Shown here piece after piece: positions 16,759-24,000 of a DNA stretch of 24,000 nucleotides (its first letter is position 1; every line of letters begins with the position of its first letter). The notes under the pieces were generated by a model. That model was given only the letters and a program-made list of their open reading frames with translations. It was not told where the DNA came from and searched no databases. This stretch comes from Streptococcus phage phiARI0598b: the sequence record KT337362.1, one strand, 5' to 3'. A program made the position numbers and the translations under genes.

Positions 16759-17897
16759 TTTCCATCACCACCTTTCAAACAATCAAAAAAAGCCACACGA
16801 TGTGCGACCTTTTAAAGACCTCTCTCTGCGAATTAAAATCGCAATTGGAACGACAGGATTCGAACCTGCCTACGTTTCAATTCCCTAAACAGGACTTAAT
16901 CCGTCTACCATGTATCCATTAACTAGCATGAGACTACTGCTTTAAACGAGTGACTTTTGATAACTTATAGTTTATTATCTTGTCCACAAATATTCCTACT
17001 TGTATCACTCATGCACGATTGGTTAGACCAATCACTCCTCACATCGCAAACTACTAAGCCATTTTTCAATTAACGAAGACTCCGCTAAAAGTCTAAGCTG
17101 CTTTACTCTTTGACTTTACTCTCATCCTTGCGAGACTTGAGCAGGCAATCTAATTGCCGAAGTGCACTTTCGTTTACGACGGGCGATGACTTTTGCTTTT
17201 TTGAGTTTTTTCTATCTTGAATAGCCTTAAAATATAAAAATCATCTTTCATCTATCACAGACACGCATCGCCATGTGTTTCATTCTCTTTTGAAGAACAA
17301 AATGCACAGCGCCTGCTTGTTATCGATTGTTTTGCGGACAATCGACTCATCTTACATACTTTTGGGAGGCACCCAATTTTTGTAAGATATGGTATCAAGC
17401 TCTTGTTGCACCTCGAACCAAATACCTCTTTCCTCTTATAGACTCGTTTCACAGCCAAACAGCCACATTTGCATTTCCTCAGCACCTTGCCGTTGGAATC
17501 TTCCTGCTTTAACTTCGCCTACCTATTCCAAAACTGAAATAGTTAAGATTACATTGCTTAGATTGACCATTGCTGGCAGGATGTTTGATAGATTTAAAAA
17601 CATCCTTTTCCTGAGTTACCACAGATTATCTAGGCTAAGCCCTAAAAGTGCAAGGCGACTACAACCTTGCGTGCGTATTAAATTTTGACTTCTTTTTTAT
17701 TTTTTGTAGTCTTTAAAACCTCTGAGGGAATCAAACCCTCTAGCTTATAACTTATCCGGAATATAATTAGCTACGCAATCATGCGAGGTCCAGTCGCTTC
17801 CGCAACCATTTTTAAGTTAATGAGTGATAGGAGTTAATGAGTGATATATGAATGCTAAGCCTACTGCCTACCCCATTCTGGGACACAAACACTCAAA

Positions 17898-17987
17898 GGA
17901 GAGTGTGGGATTTGAACCCACGGACCGCACATAGGCGATCACCCGTCTAGCAAACGGGCGCATTCAACCTGACTCTGCCAACTCTCC
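17898..17987 (-). tRNA. tRNA-Ser (anticodon GCT)
   Basis: Full class II cloverleaf: acceptor GGAGAGT/ACTCTCC, anticodon arm CCCGT-TTGCTAG-ACGGG, variable arm GATCGC/GCGGTC, T arm GTGGG-TTCAAAT-CCCAC. No encoded CCA. Confidence 0.93.
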
Positions 17988-18073
17988 ATGTCAGGGAAGG
18001 CTCACTGCCTTACCCTTAATTCTTGATGATACTATAATAGCACGATTGTTAGACCAGTGCGCTTCAACCTAGT

Positions 18074-18505
18074 TCACATTAGTTCGCTTTTATCAACTAC
18101 AACACCCAATTCACAGATTGCATCTTTCTTCTTTTTGTAAAAAGTGGTCTTGCTGCATCGTAAAAATTCAATCATATCATACACGTTTGCTTTCTGAATA
18201 TACACCATCCTTAGAATTGTTCGACTTGCAGGCTTAGGCATTTTATCAATCAATTTACTGAGCTCAATTCTGCGCTGGATAGCTTCAGCAGTTGCTTGCT
18301 TTATGTACTCTTTCAAGGGATCTTGCATGCTAAAAATATCGATGTAACGTTCATCTAATCGAACCTTCTGACCACCTTGAACCTTATCCATTCTCATTTT
18401 AGGACTAGAAAGCAAACTAGCTTCAAGATTAGCAAGCTCGTCTATTCGACTCTGTATCTCTTCATCCAAATTCTGTAGTTCATCAAGTAACTCTTTAGCC
18501 TTCAC
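18074..18505 (-). CDS. DUF1492-like phage protein, possible late transcription regulator
   Basis: 143 aa; coiled-coil N-terminus plus C-terminal HTH-like 'LRMVYIQKANVYDMIEFLRCSKTTFYKKKKDAI', immediately upstream of the late genes. Confidence 0.7.
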   Translation of the reverse strand: MKAKELLDELQNLDEEIQSRIDELANLEASLLSSPKMRMDKVQGGQKVRLDERYIDIFSMQDPLKEYIKQATAEAIQRRIELSKLIDKMPKPASRTILRMVYIQKANVYDMIEFLRCSKTTFYKKKKDAICELGVVVDKSELM

Positions 18506-18576
18506 TCTCTATCTCCTTTGTGATATAATAATAGTGTTTGAAATTATTGCTGAGACAGAGAGTGTCTTGGCTTTTT

Positions 18577-18942
18577 TTAATGCTTAAATTCGTTGACCAG
18601 GTCCCGGATAAAGAACTTCCAATCAGATTCCCTAAACGTCAAAAAACGATCTGTAGTAAAATTTCTAAGTCTTCTATAGAAAAGCATTTTTAGTTGGATT
18701 GACTCACCAACACTCAGTAAGGTTCCAGGGAAGAGATATACTGAATGCACTCTATTTCCATACCCAGAAATATCTAAATGTATTATCGTTTCTGGATATA
18801 TGCGCCCTGTACTAGCTTCAACTTCGAGCTCAACTTTGACCTCTTCCACAATTGGAACTTCGTTTAAAATTGGTCGTGCAGGAAATAATGGCGACGAGAC
18901 TTTTTGCCTTTTTCCTGAATATGGGTATCTTTTAGGTTTCAT
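18577..18942 (-). CDS. Hypothetical phage protein
   Basis: 121 aa ORF, start overlaps the stop of the lipoprotein ORF. Confidence 0.6.
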   Translation of the reverse strand: MKPKRYPYSGKRQKVSSPLFPARPILNEVPIVEEVKVELEVEASTGRIYPETIIHLDISGYGNRVHSVYLFPGTLLSVGESIQLKMLFYRRLRNFTTDRFLTFRESDWKFFIRDLVNEFKH

Positions 18943-19259
18943 TGTTTATCCCCTTCTTTATTCTCTAAAACGGCATCTTGTATAAAAGTATTACCGATTT
19001 TATAGTGCTTGTATTCCTCAACTGTTACTTCAAATGTTTCTTCAACTTGCTTATTACCTGCATATCCTGAAACGACCAGGATGTATTTTCTTTTGGTTCT
19101 GGTTGGCACAAGTACCGAACTTTTACCATTCATAACAGGTATGAACGTTGTGTGAGGTTCATCAATGTACTTATCTACCACTGTCCCACTCGAAATCTGG
19201 TGACATGCTACAAGTAAGGATGCGAATAAAACAATACATAGGATTTTAAAATATCTCAC
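18939..19259 (-). CDS. Small phage-encoded lipoprotein
   Basis: MRYFKILCIVLFASLLVAC|HQISSG...: signal peptide and lipobox LLVAC. Confidence 0.8.
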   Translation of the reverse strand: MRYFKILCIVLFASLLVACHQISSGTVVDKYIDEPHTTFIPVMNGKSSVLVPTRTKRKYILVVSGYAGNKQVEETFEVTVEEYKHYKIGNTFIQDAVLENKEGDKQ

Positions 19260-19678
19260 TCCTTGACCTCCAAAAGCTCTGGGTTTTCGTAGATGTTGCC
19301 GATGATTTCATAATTCTTGCGAATATCTTCATAGTCCATAGCTTGAAACGATTCATCATCGTCATAACTAGAGTTAAGGTGAAACCCGATATTTTTTATT
19401 TTATATCCAAAATCTTCCTCATAAATCCACTTACCAAATTTGACTACACTGGGCATTCCACTATTCCTAGAAATCACATCCCCCTCGAAAATCTCCACCA
19501 TGTTCTTATCTTTGAGTCCTGTTGATTGCATGAGATGAATGTCATTGTTCACAATCCATTCACCAGCAACAGAATCCTCATCAATAATCCAGATATCGCC
19601 ATTTCCAACCATCACTTCGTTTGGTTGATACATGCGACTTAACGAGCCGCCATCATACGCTCTAAATTTCGGTATCAT
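19256..19678 (-). CDS. YopX-family protein
   Basis: 140 aa; 'MIPKFRAYD...MQSTGLKDKNMVEIFEGDVI...YEIIGNIYENPELLE'. Confidence 0.88.
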   Translation of the reverse strand: MIPKFRAYDGGSLSRMYQPNEVMVGNGDIWIIDEDSVAGEWIVNNDIHLMQSTGLKDKNMVEIFEGDVISRNSGMPSVVKFGKWIYEEDFGYKIKNIGFHLNSSYDDDESFQAMDYEDIRKNYEIIGNIYENPELLEVKE

Positions 19679-19869
19679 GCCAAATCCTCCTTATCTAAAA
19701 TCCATGCAATATAGACACAAATCAGAGCAAGCATAATGGAATCCGCCAAATTCCCTCTCACTCCACCTAAGATAATAATTTCAAGTATCTTCCAGAGATA
19801 GTCCAATATAATAAAATGGACAAGTTGGGTCAAGAAGAAGTTATACTTCCCATTAAATCGAAATTTCAT
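19675..19869 (-). CDS. Small putative membrane protein
   Basis: 64 aa, hydrophobic segments; 4-bp overlaps with both neighbours. Confidence 0.6.
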   Translation of the reverse strand: MKFRFNGKYNFFLTQLVHFIILDYLWKILEIIILGGVRGNLADSIMLALICVYIAWILDKEDLA

Positions 19870-20126
19870 AACATCACCTCATCCCCGACCTTAACTTTAT
19901 CCCACTGTTCCTTCGTAACCACAAACACACCGTAGTCACGAATCGTAAGCGTGTATAGCTTGCCATGCCGTCCTTTCTCGACGACCTTATCAAATATCTC
20001 AGCGCCTGCATTATCCGCCTTGTAGATAACCATCGGCTTCTTCTCTTCCAAATCTCGAATCCTGTCCATCTGCCAGATGTTTAATCCAGCAGATAGTAAA
20101 ATCCAGATAGCTATAAATCGTTTCAA
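19866..20126 (-). CDS. DUF1372-like protein
   Basis: 86 aa, 'MKRFIAIWILLSAGLNIWQMDRIRDLEEKKPMVIYKADNAGAEIFDKVVEKGRHGKLYTLTIRDYGVFVVTKEQWDKVKVGDEV'. Confidence 0.75.
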   Translation of the reverse strand: MKRFIAIWILLSAGLNIWQMDRIRDLEEKKPMVIYKADNAGAEIFDKVVEKGRHGKLYTLTIRDYGVFVVTKEQWDKVKVGDEVML

Positions 20127-20815
20127 TCTGTGACCTCCTCAATCTCAACACCTTCACAATCAAACACCCAGCCGAGCTTTGCTTCTTCTAGTTCTTTTTG
20201 AGTACCTTTATAATTCCTAGCTGTTATATCTTGACTAAAATAAAGAGTACTCCCTGATTGCGATTTGACCAAAGGCTGCCTATTTTTTAAAGTCACCAAA
20301 TACCGCTTCTCTTCCTCGACCTCGTAGCCATCAAGCCATGCTCTAGCTACTAAATCAAATGGTCTTTCTTGCATAAACCATTTTCTAACTTCATCGTTCG
20401 TGAAATCAAATTCGAATAATTCTACCACGTCTTTACAAGCTTTTCTAGCTTCCTCAATCCATTCAGCCACAAACCGCGGAACTTTGACTTTTTCACGTTC
20501 AACCATACCCTCAATTTTACCTTGCTCGTAGCCCTCTCGCCATTTTGCACGGCTAAAATCCTGTTCAAATTCGCTCATGATAGCCTTTAACCAAACCTCT
20601 CTATCATGCAATGGCAATTCTCGCAATCGTGCTAGTATGTTCTTTACGTAGCGTGGAGCTTCATCTGCGTGACCTATTTCGGATTCGTCTAGTTGTTCAA
20701 AGATTTCTTTTACATCCTTCCACCAAACTGCATAACCTTGAAAATTCCCAATTATTGTTCTTCGTTCCTCTAATTTTTTAATCAATTCCTGCTTATTCAT
20801 CTTAGTTTCCTCCAT
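20123..20815 (-). CDS. DUF1642-like phage protein
   Basis: 230 aa; C-terminal 'VPRFVAEWIEEARKACKDVVELFEF...ARAWLDGYEVEEEKRYLVTLKN...LGWVFDCEGVEIEEV'. Confidence 0.8.
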   Translation of the reverse strand: MEETKMNKQELIKKLEERRTIIGNFQGYAVWWKDVKEIFEQLDESEIGHADEAPRYVKNILARLRELPLHDREVWLKAIMSEFEQDFSRAKWREGYEQGKIEGMVEREKVKVPRFVAEWIEEARKACKDVVELFEFDFTNDEVRKWFMQERPFDLVARAWLDGYEVEEEKRYLVTLKNRQPLVKSQSGSTLYFSQDITARNYKGTQKELEEAKLGWVFDCEGVEIEEVTD

Positions 20816-21119
20816 AAATCAAATAAACTGCAATAACTACCTGAGCCATGCTTGGCGAATAGCCAACCCAATCATCAAACTCCTTAGATTTTGGCAACCA
20901 ATTCTTAGTAGCTCCCAAATCATAGTCTGTAGGCTTTTCATCAGCGAAGATGCATTCCATCGCTCCCATAAACGTCATACCATCTTCTGCCATTTCCCAA
21001 AAATAGTCCGCCCGGTCTTTCACCGCTTGTGGTAAATCTTGCTTGGGAGGTTTGGGCTTCCCGTCTTCTACCGTCCAGTTGTATACTTCATTAACTTTTT
21101 GCTTTAACTCTTCCATCAT
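20802..21119 (-). CDS. Hypothetical phage protein
   Basis: 105 aa ORF in compact operon. Confidence 0.6.
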   Translation of the reverse strand: MMEELKQKVNEVYNWTVEDGKPKPPKQDLPQAVKDRADYFWEMAEDGMTFMGAMECIFADEKPTDYDLGATKNWLPKSKEFDDWVGYSPSMAQVVIAVYLIYGGN

Positions 21120-21163
21120 CTTCCAACTCCTCCGCTTTCCGTCTTAATTCTCATATCAGCCTC

Positions 21164-21586
21164 CTAAGCATGGACTACTGGGAAATGAATATCACCAATC
21201 ACTAGAGAGCCCACGCTATAATAATAGCCATTATGTTCTGCCTCACAGTTAGCGATAGCTACAGGATTTTGATTGTGGAAGATGGTTACTTTGTTTTTAT
21301 AACCCGCTCCCCAATGGTCAGGGATTTCTTCCTGTTCTCCAATTTCAACATTAGTGATTACAGCGTCAAGTGAAACATTTTGAAACTCCCCACCTGCTGA
21401 GGCACAGCAATCACTTTCAGACATTTCAATAGTGACTTTTGTCCCATCTTCAAGTAGTAAAAAATCTTTATCCCATTCCACTATACGCTTATAGAGCAAC
21501 AGCTCTTTTAGTTCTTCTAATGTTCCGTATCTTGCATTTCCCCAATCGGGTTCATAATAGTCTGGTAGTTCGATAGTTTTTGTCAT
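21164..21586 (-). CDS. Hypothetical phage protein (DUF7448-like)
   Basis: 140 aa; 'LEDGTKVTIEMSESDCCASAGGEFQNVSLDAVITNVEIGE...KVTIFHNQNPVAIANCEAEHNGYYYSVGSLVI'. Confidence 0.65.
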   Translation of the reverse strand: MTKTIELPDYYEPDWGNARYGTLEELKELLLYKRIVEWDKDFLLLEDGTKVTIEMSESDCCASAGGEFQNVSLDAVITNVEIGEQEEIPDHWGAGYKNKVTIFHNQNPVAIANCEAEHNGYYYSVGSLVIGDIHFPVVHA

Positions 21587-21629
21587 CTTAATTTCCTCAT
21601 TTCTTCAAATACTCAGTCATAATCTCGCC

Positions 21630-22058
21630 TCATGCGTTCCATTCCATGACCTCCACCTCTACCTCTATGCGAGGGTTTAAGCTGTAGAACTTGCCTACAT
21701 CATGCAGAGCTATCTGACCGTCGTCCTGGAAGACGATCCCTGACATGCTGTCATATAGCGCTTTTTCGTAGTTATCTATGTCAGGCTTTTTGCCTACTGG
21801 TATAATTTCATCCAGGAGGGCCTGTTGGTTCTTCTTGACTTTAGAAATGTACTGAGGAGGTTTGATATAAAATCTAAGCCGTGCCCTCAAAGCTCCCTCA
21901 AGGATAGGCTGACCCATGTACTGATTAGCAATGAGCAGCTGGCAATGATTGCGCCATGTTTTCATATCCTCGTCTTCGTAAGTTGTGGTAAAACTCCCAC
22001 GTCTTGCAAACCTTGGCCGTGATTGAGGTTTAGGCTCAATGTTCAGGGTCAATTTCAT
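21630..22058 (-). CDS. rusA: RusA-family Holliday junction resolvase
   Basis: 142 aa; 'KPQSRPRF...GKKPDIDNYEKALYDSMSGIVFQDDGQIALHDVGKFY', the RusA signature. Confidence 0.93.
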   Translation of the reverse strand: MKLTLNIEPKPQSRPRFARRGSFTTTYEDEDMKTWRNHCQLLIANQYMGQPILEGALRARLRFYIKPPQYISKVKKNQQALLDEIIPVGKKPDIDNYEKALYDSMSGIVFQDDGQIALHDVGKFYSLNPRIEVEVEVMEWNA

Positions 22059-22384
22059 TCAAGAGCCCCCTTAAATCCTGCCATCTCAAAGAGATTTTCT
22101 CTGTTTTCGTTTACGAACTCAAAGAATTTTTTAACCTCTTGTAGCGTCTTGATGTTGCTCTTGACTCGTGTTAATGAGGTGAAAAATACATCATTTTTGG
22201 GAATTGACTTAACTTTGCACTTGTAGACCGGTTCAAAAAGGTCACCATTGTCATCTAGTGTAGGAGCCGTGTCTTTGTTATCAAAGCTAATGCTCATATC
22301 ATAGTTTAGAGTCGTAACGACCTCTATTTTTTGTTTCTCAATGATGATAGCAATACGTTCTGTCGCATTGATTTTACTTGCCAT
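22055..22384 (-). CDS. Hypothetical phage protein
   Basis: MASKINATERIAIIIEKQKIEVVTTLNYDMSISF...; start at 22384 preceded by AACAGGAGAAAGAAC, so the track start at 22447 is probably over-extended. Confidence 0.65.
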   Translation of the reverse strand: MASKINATERIAIIIEKQKIEVVTTLNYDMSISFDNKDTAPTLDDNGDLFEPVYKCKVKSIPKNDVFFTSLTRVKSNIKTLQEVKKFFEFVNENRENLFEMAGFKGALE

Positions 22385-22397
22385 GTTCTTTCTCCTG

Positions 22398-22607
22398 TTA
22401 AAAAAGTGTCGTTTGCAAAGGGTACACATCTTCAAACGGTACTCCAAGTCTTAGACAGTCTCGTTTGATGTCCAGTGTAGAGATGACGTACTTGACGCCG
22501 TTGTTTTTCTTGTCATAGTGTGGAAAAGTGTACCCGTCATTTTCAATTTTGGTTTTAATGTCCGTTTTGGTTTCAGGTTTCCAATCCACCCAATCCGTCC
22601 ACTCCAT
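22398..22607 (-). CDS. Hypothetical phage protein
   Basis: MEWTDWVDWKPETKTDIKTKIENDGYTFPHYDKKNNGVKYVISTLDIKRDCLRLGVPFEDVYPLQTTLF; start ATG preceded by GAGGAGG. Confidence 0.6.
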   Translation of the reverse strand: MEWTDWVDWKPETKTDIKTKIENDGYTFPHYDKKNNGVKYVISTLDIKRDCLRLGVPFEDVYPLQTTLF

Positions 22608-23079
22608 TCTTGTCCTCCTCAAACTTTACAAACGTTAGCCAGTGTGTGGTGCCTCTTTGCTGACCAAATAAGGGCTTGAATGGTATCACCTCTAGTAATT
22701 TCTTTACATTTATCTGACGGTCAGACCATTTAAAGACTAGTGTGCCGCCAACTTTTAGAACTCTCAGACATTCTTCAAAACCCTTGGCCAAATCTTCCGA
22801 CCAGGTAACTTTGTCCAGCTGTCCATACTGAGCTTTCATTATCGAATTAGGTCCAGTCCATTTTAGATGTGGTGGATCAAACACAACTAGATTAAATGTG
22901 TTGTCTTCAAAAGGCATGTCACGAAAATCACCGATAATATCAGGGTCTACATTGACCTTTTTGTCATGTATCTCAAATGTTTCTTGCCTAATGTCCATAA
23001 AAATTGTGTGACTTTCGTTTTTATCAAACCAAAACATACGACTGCCACAGCAAGCGTCAAGAATTTTAATTTTTGACAT
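22573..23079 (-). CDS. Class I SAM-dependent methyltransferase
   Basis: 168 aa; 'ILDACCGSRMFWF...', 'DMPFEDNTFNLVVFDPPHLKW', 'FEECLRVLKVGGTLVFKW'. Confidence 0.85.
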   Translation of the reverse strand: MSKIKILDACCGSRMFWFDKNESHTIFMDIRQETFEIHDKKVNVDPDIIGDFRDMPFEDNTFNLVVFDPPHLKWTGPNSIMKAQYGQLDKVTWSEDLAKGFEECLRVLKVGGTLVFKWSDRQINVKKLLEVIPFKPLFGQQRGTTHWLTFVKFEEDKNGVDGLGGLET

Positions 23080-23088
23080 ATATACCTC

Positions 23089-23505
23089 CTAAAACGGCAA
23101 ACCGTCATTTGGGAGGTCAAAGGGGTTTGGATCGGTAAAAGGTGAGCTATTCCCATTTTGGAAACTGTTGCCTTGTCCGTGCTGACTGTTGCGACTCTCT
23201 AGCAGAGCTACACTCTCAGCGATTACTTCAGTCACATATCGACGCTGACCGTCTTTCTCGTAAGACCTAACTTGTAAGCGCCCTGTGAGGCCAATAAGTG
23301 AGCCCTTGCTGCAATACTGAGCAATGATGTCAGCTGTACCTCTCCAAGCTTGAAAATTGATAAAATCAGCCTCACGCTCTCCATTTTCGTTTTTGAAATT
23401 GCGATTGACTGCAAGCGTGCCCTGTAAACTAGATACATTATTAGGCGTTTTTCGTAGATCAGGAGGCGCTACAAGCCTCCCAACCAGTGTGACGTTATTG
23501 ATCAT
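23089..23505 (-). CDS. ssb: Single-stranded DNA-binding protein
   Basis: 138 aa; 'MINNVTLVGRLVAPPDLRKTPNNVSSLQGTLAVNRNFKNENGEREADFINFQAWRGTADIIAQYCSKGSLIGLTGRLQVRSYE...', acidic C-terminal tail ...LPNDGLPF. Confidence 0.97.
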   Translation of the reverse strand: MINNVTLVGRLVAPPDLRKTPNNVSSLQGTLAVNRNFKNENGEREADFINFQAWRGTADIIAQYCSKGSLIGLTGRLQVRSYEKDGQRRYVTEVIAESVALLESRNSQHGQGNSFQNGNSSPFTDPNPFDLPNDGLPF

Positions 23506-23600
23506 CTGATTTGTCCCCCTCTAGTGCTACGCTCTCCCAAGAGATACCCTAAAAACATCCATAGGATAGCCATCCCAATCTCTTTGATAAAATCATTCAT
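23502..23600 (-). CDS. Very small putative membrane protein (32 aa), absent from the ORF track
   Basis: MNDFIKEIGMAILWMFLGYLLGERSTRGGQIR*; AAAGGAGAGAAATA upstream; ATGA overlap with the ssb start. Confidence 0.55.
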   Translation of the reverse strand: MNDFIKEIGMAILWMFLGYLLGERSTRGGQIR

Positions 23601-23935
23601 TATTTCTCTCCTTTGCATTCATAACATACATTTTGACCTACATCTTTTCCCTTGATTATTGATAAGCTACCACATTTCTCACAGCTGATTATGAAACCTA
23701 AACCATTTGAATTAATACTGCTTATATTGTTCTCTGAGGGAACTTTGTAAATAATCAATGCGGATGTATGCCAATATTCAGCACTGACTCCACTGTCAGC
23801 GACAGCAGACACATTTGATTGAAATTTGATGTCAATCAACTTAATGCCTGGATTTTCGGCAAGCCAGCTATTTATTTGGTCGTCAATCGCCTCATGATGT
23901 GGATAATCACATGAAAAAAATACGGTTTTAATCAT
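23600..23935 (-). CDS. Hypothetical protein with C-terminal zinc ribbon
   Basis: 111 aa; '...SCEKCGSLSIIKGKDVGQNVCYECKGEK' CxxC...CxxC. Confidence 0.65.
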   Translation of the reverse strand: MIKTVFFSCDYPHHEAIDDQINSWLAENPGIKLIDIKFQSNVSAVADSGVSAEYWHTSALIIYKVPSENNISSINSNGLGFIISCEKCGSLSIIKGKDVGQNVCYECKGEK

Positions 23936-24000
23936 ATTCCCCTCCTGGATTGTGCCACCAGATCATCAGGTCTTCCTGATTATCTCTGATATACTGCTCA
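23928..24000 (-). CDS. 3' end of a further phage CDS entering from the right edge
   Basis: Open frame ...EQYIRDNQEDLMIWWHNPGGEYD* overlapping the next start by 8 nt. Confidence 0.5.
   Translation of the reverse strand, partial: EQYIRDNQEDLMIWWHNPGGEYD

Noticed and set aside
17017-17033. Anticodon-arm-like GATTG-GTCTAAC-CAATC (would be a CUA amber-suppressor anticodon)
   Set aside because: No D arm, T arm or acceptor stem can be assembled around it; a plain 7-bp hairpin is the simpler description.
17351-17386. Plus-strand terminator TTGGG-AGGCA-CCCAA-TTTTT
   Set aside because: Only a 5-bp core stem, and no plus-strand gene is upstream to terminate. Kept only as part of the structured-gap observation.
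17255-17485. Minus ORF 'MLRKCKCGCLAVKRVYKRKEVFGSRCNKS...' with several cysteines, considered as a zinc-finger/HNH remnant
   Set aside because: No recognisable HNH or ribbon spacing, poor start context, and it overlaps strong inverted repeats. It could be a decayed gene, but support is insufficient to call a CDS.
17389-17688. Plus ORF of 99 aa
   Set aside because: No RBS, atypical composition, and the opposite orientation to the whole phage module.
1-24000. CRISPR arrays, IS elements/transposases, integrase or att sites
   Set aside because: No regularly spaced direct repeats, no transposase/integrase-like ORF and no convincing att core seen in this window.

Overview
This window is a streptococcal-type temperate siphophage or prophage segment. 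Essentially all real genes are on the minus strand. Reading leftwards from the right edge, the order is:
- replication/accessory genes: partial CDS, zinc-ribbon protein, tiny ORF, SSB, SAM methyltransferase, small proteins, RusA resolvase, DUF1642-like, DUF1372-like, YopX-like, lipoprotein, DUF1492-like regulator
- a tRNA-Ser(GCU) inside a ~1.2 kb, apparently non-coding, hairpin-rich stretch
- small and large terminase, portal and MuF minor head protein
- a small-gene cargo block that includes an HD-type alarmone hydrolase-like gene, ending in an intrinsic terminator
- a structured leader, scaffold, Rho-N/HeH-like protein and major capsid protein
- head-tail connector genes, tail tube, tail chaperones G/GT, tape measure, Dit-like small protein and a tail-associated protein that runs off the left edge.

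Most notable observations:
(1) The MuF protein has a C-terminal ~165 aa domain with RelA/SpoT-synthetase-like motif order. A Mesh1/SAH-like HD hydrolase is encoded ~200 nt downstream. Together they form a candidate virion-associated alarmone-synthetase toxin and hydrolase-immunity cassette.
(2) An in-frame GGGTTTT slippery heptamer supports a -1 programmed frameshift giving a 256-aa tail chaperone G-GT fusion.
(3) A terminator plus leader hairpin precedes the scaffold/capsid genes.
(4) A ~1.2 kb structured gap upstream of terS holds one intact tRNA and two T-arm-like fragments.
(5) The terS start in the ORF track is probably truncated.
(6) Several small genes are missing from the track.

All family assignments come from reading the sequence by eye; no database search was run.
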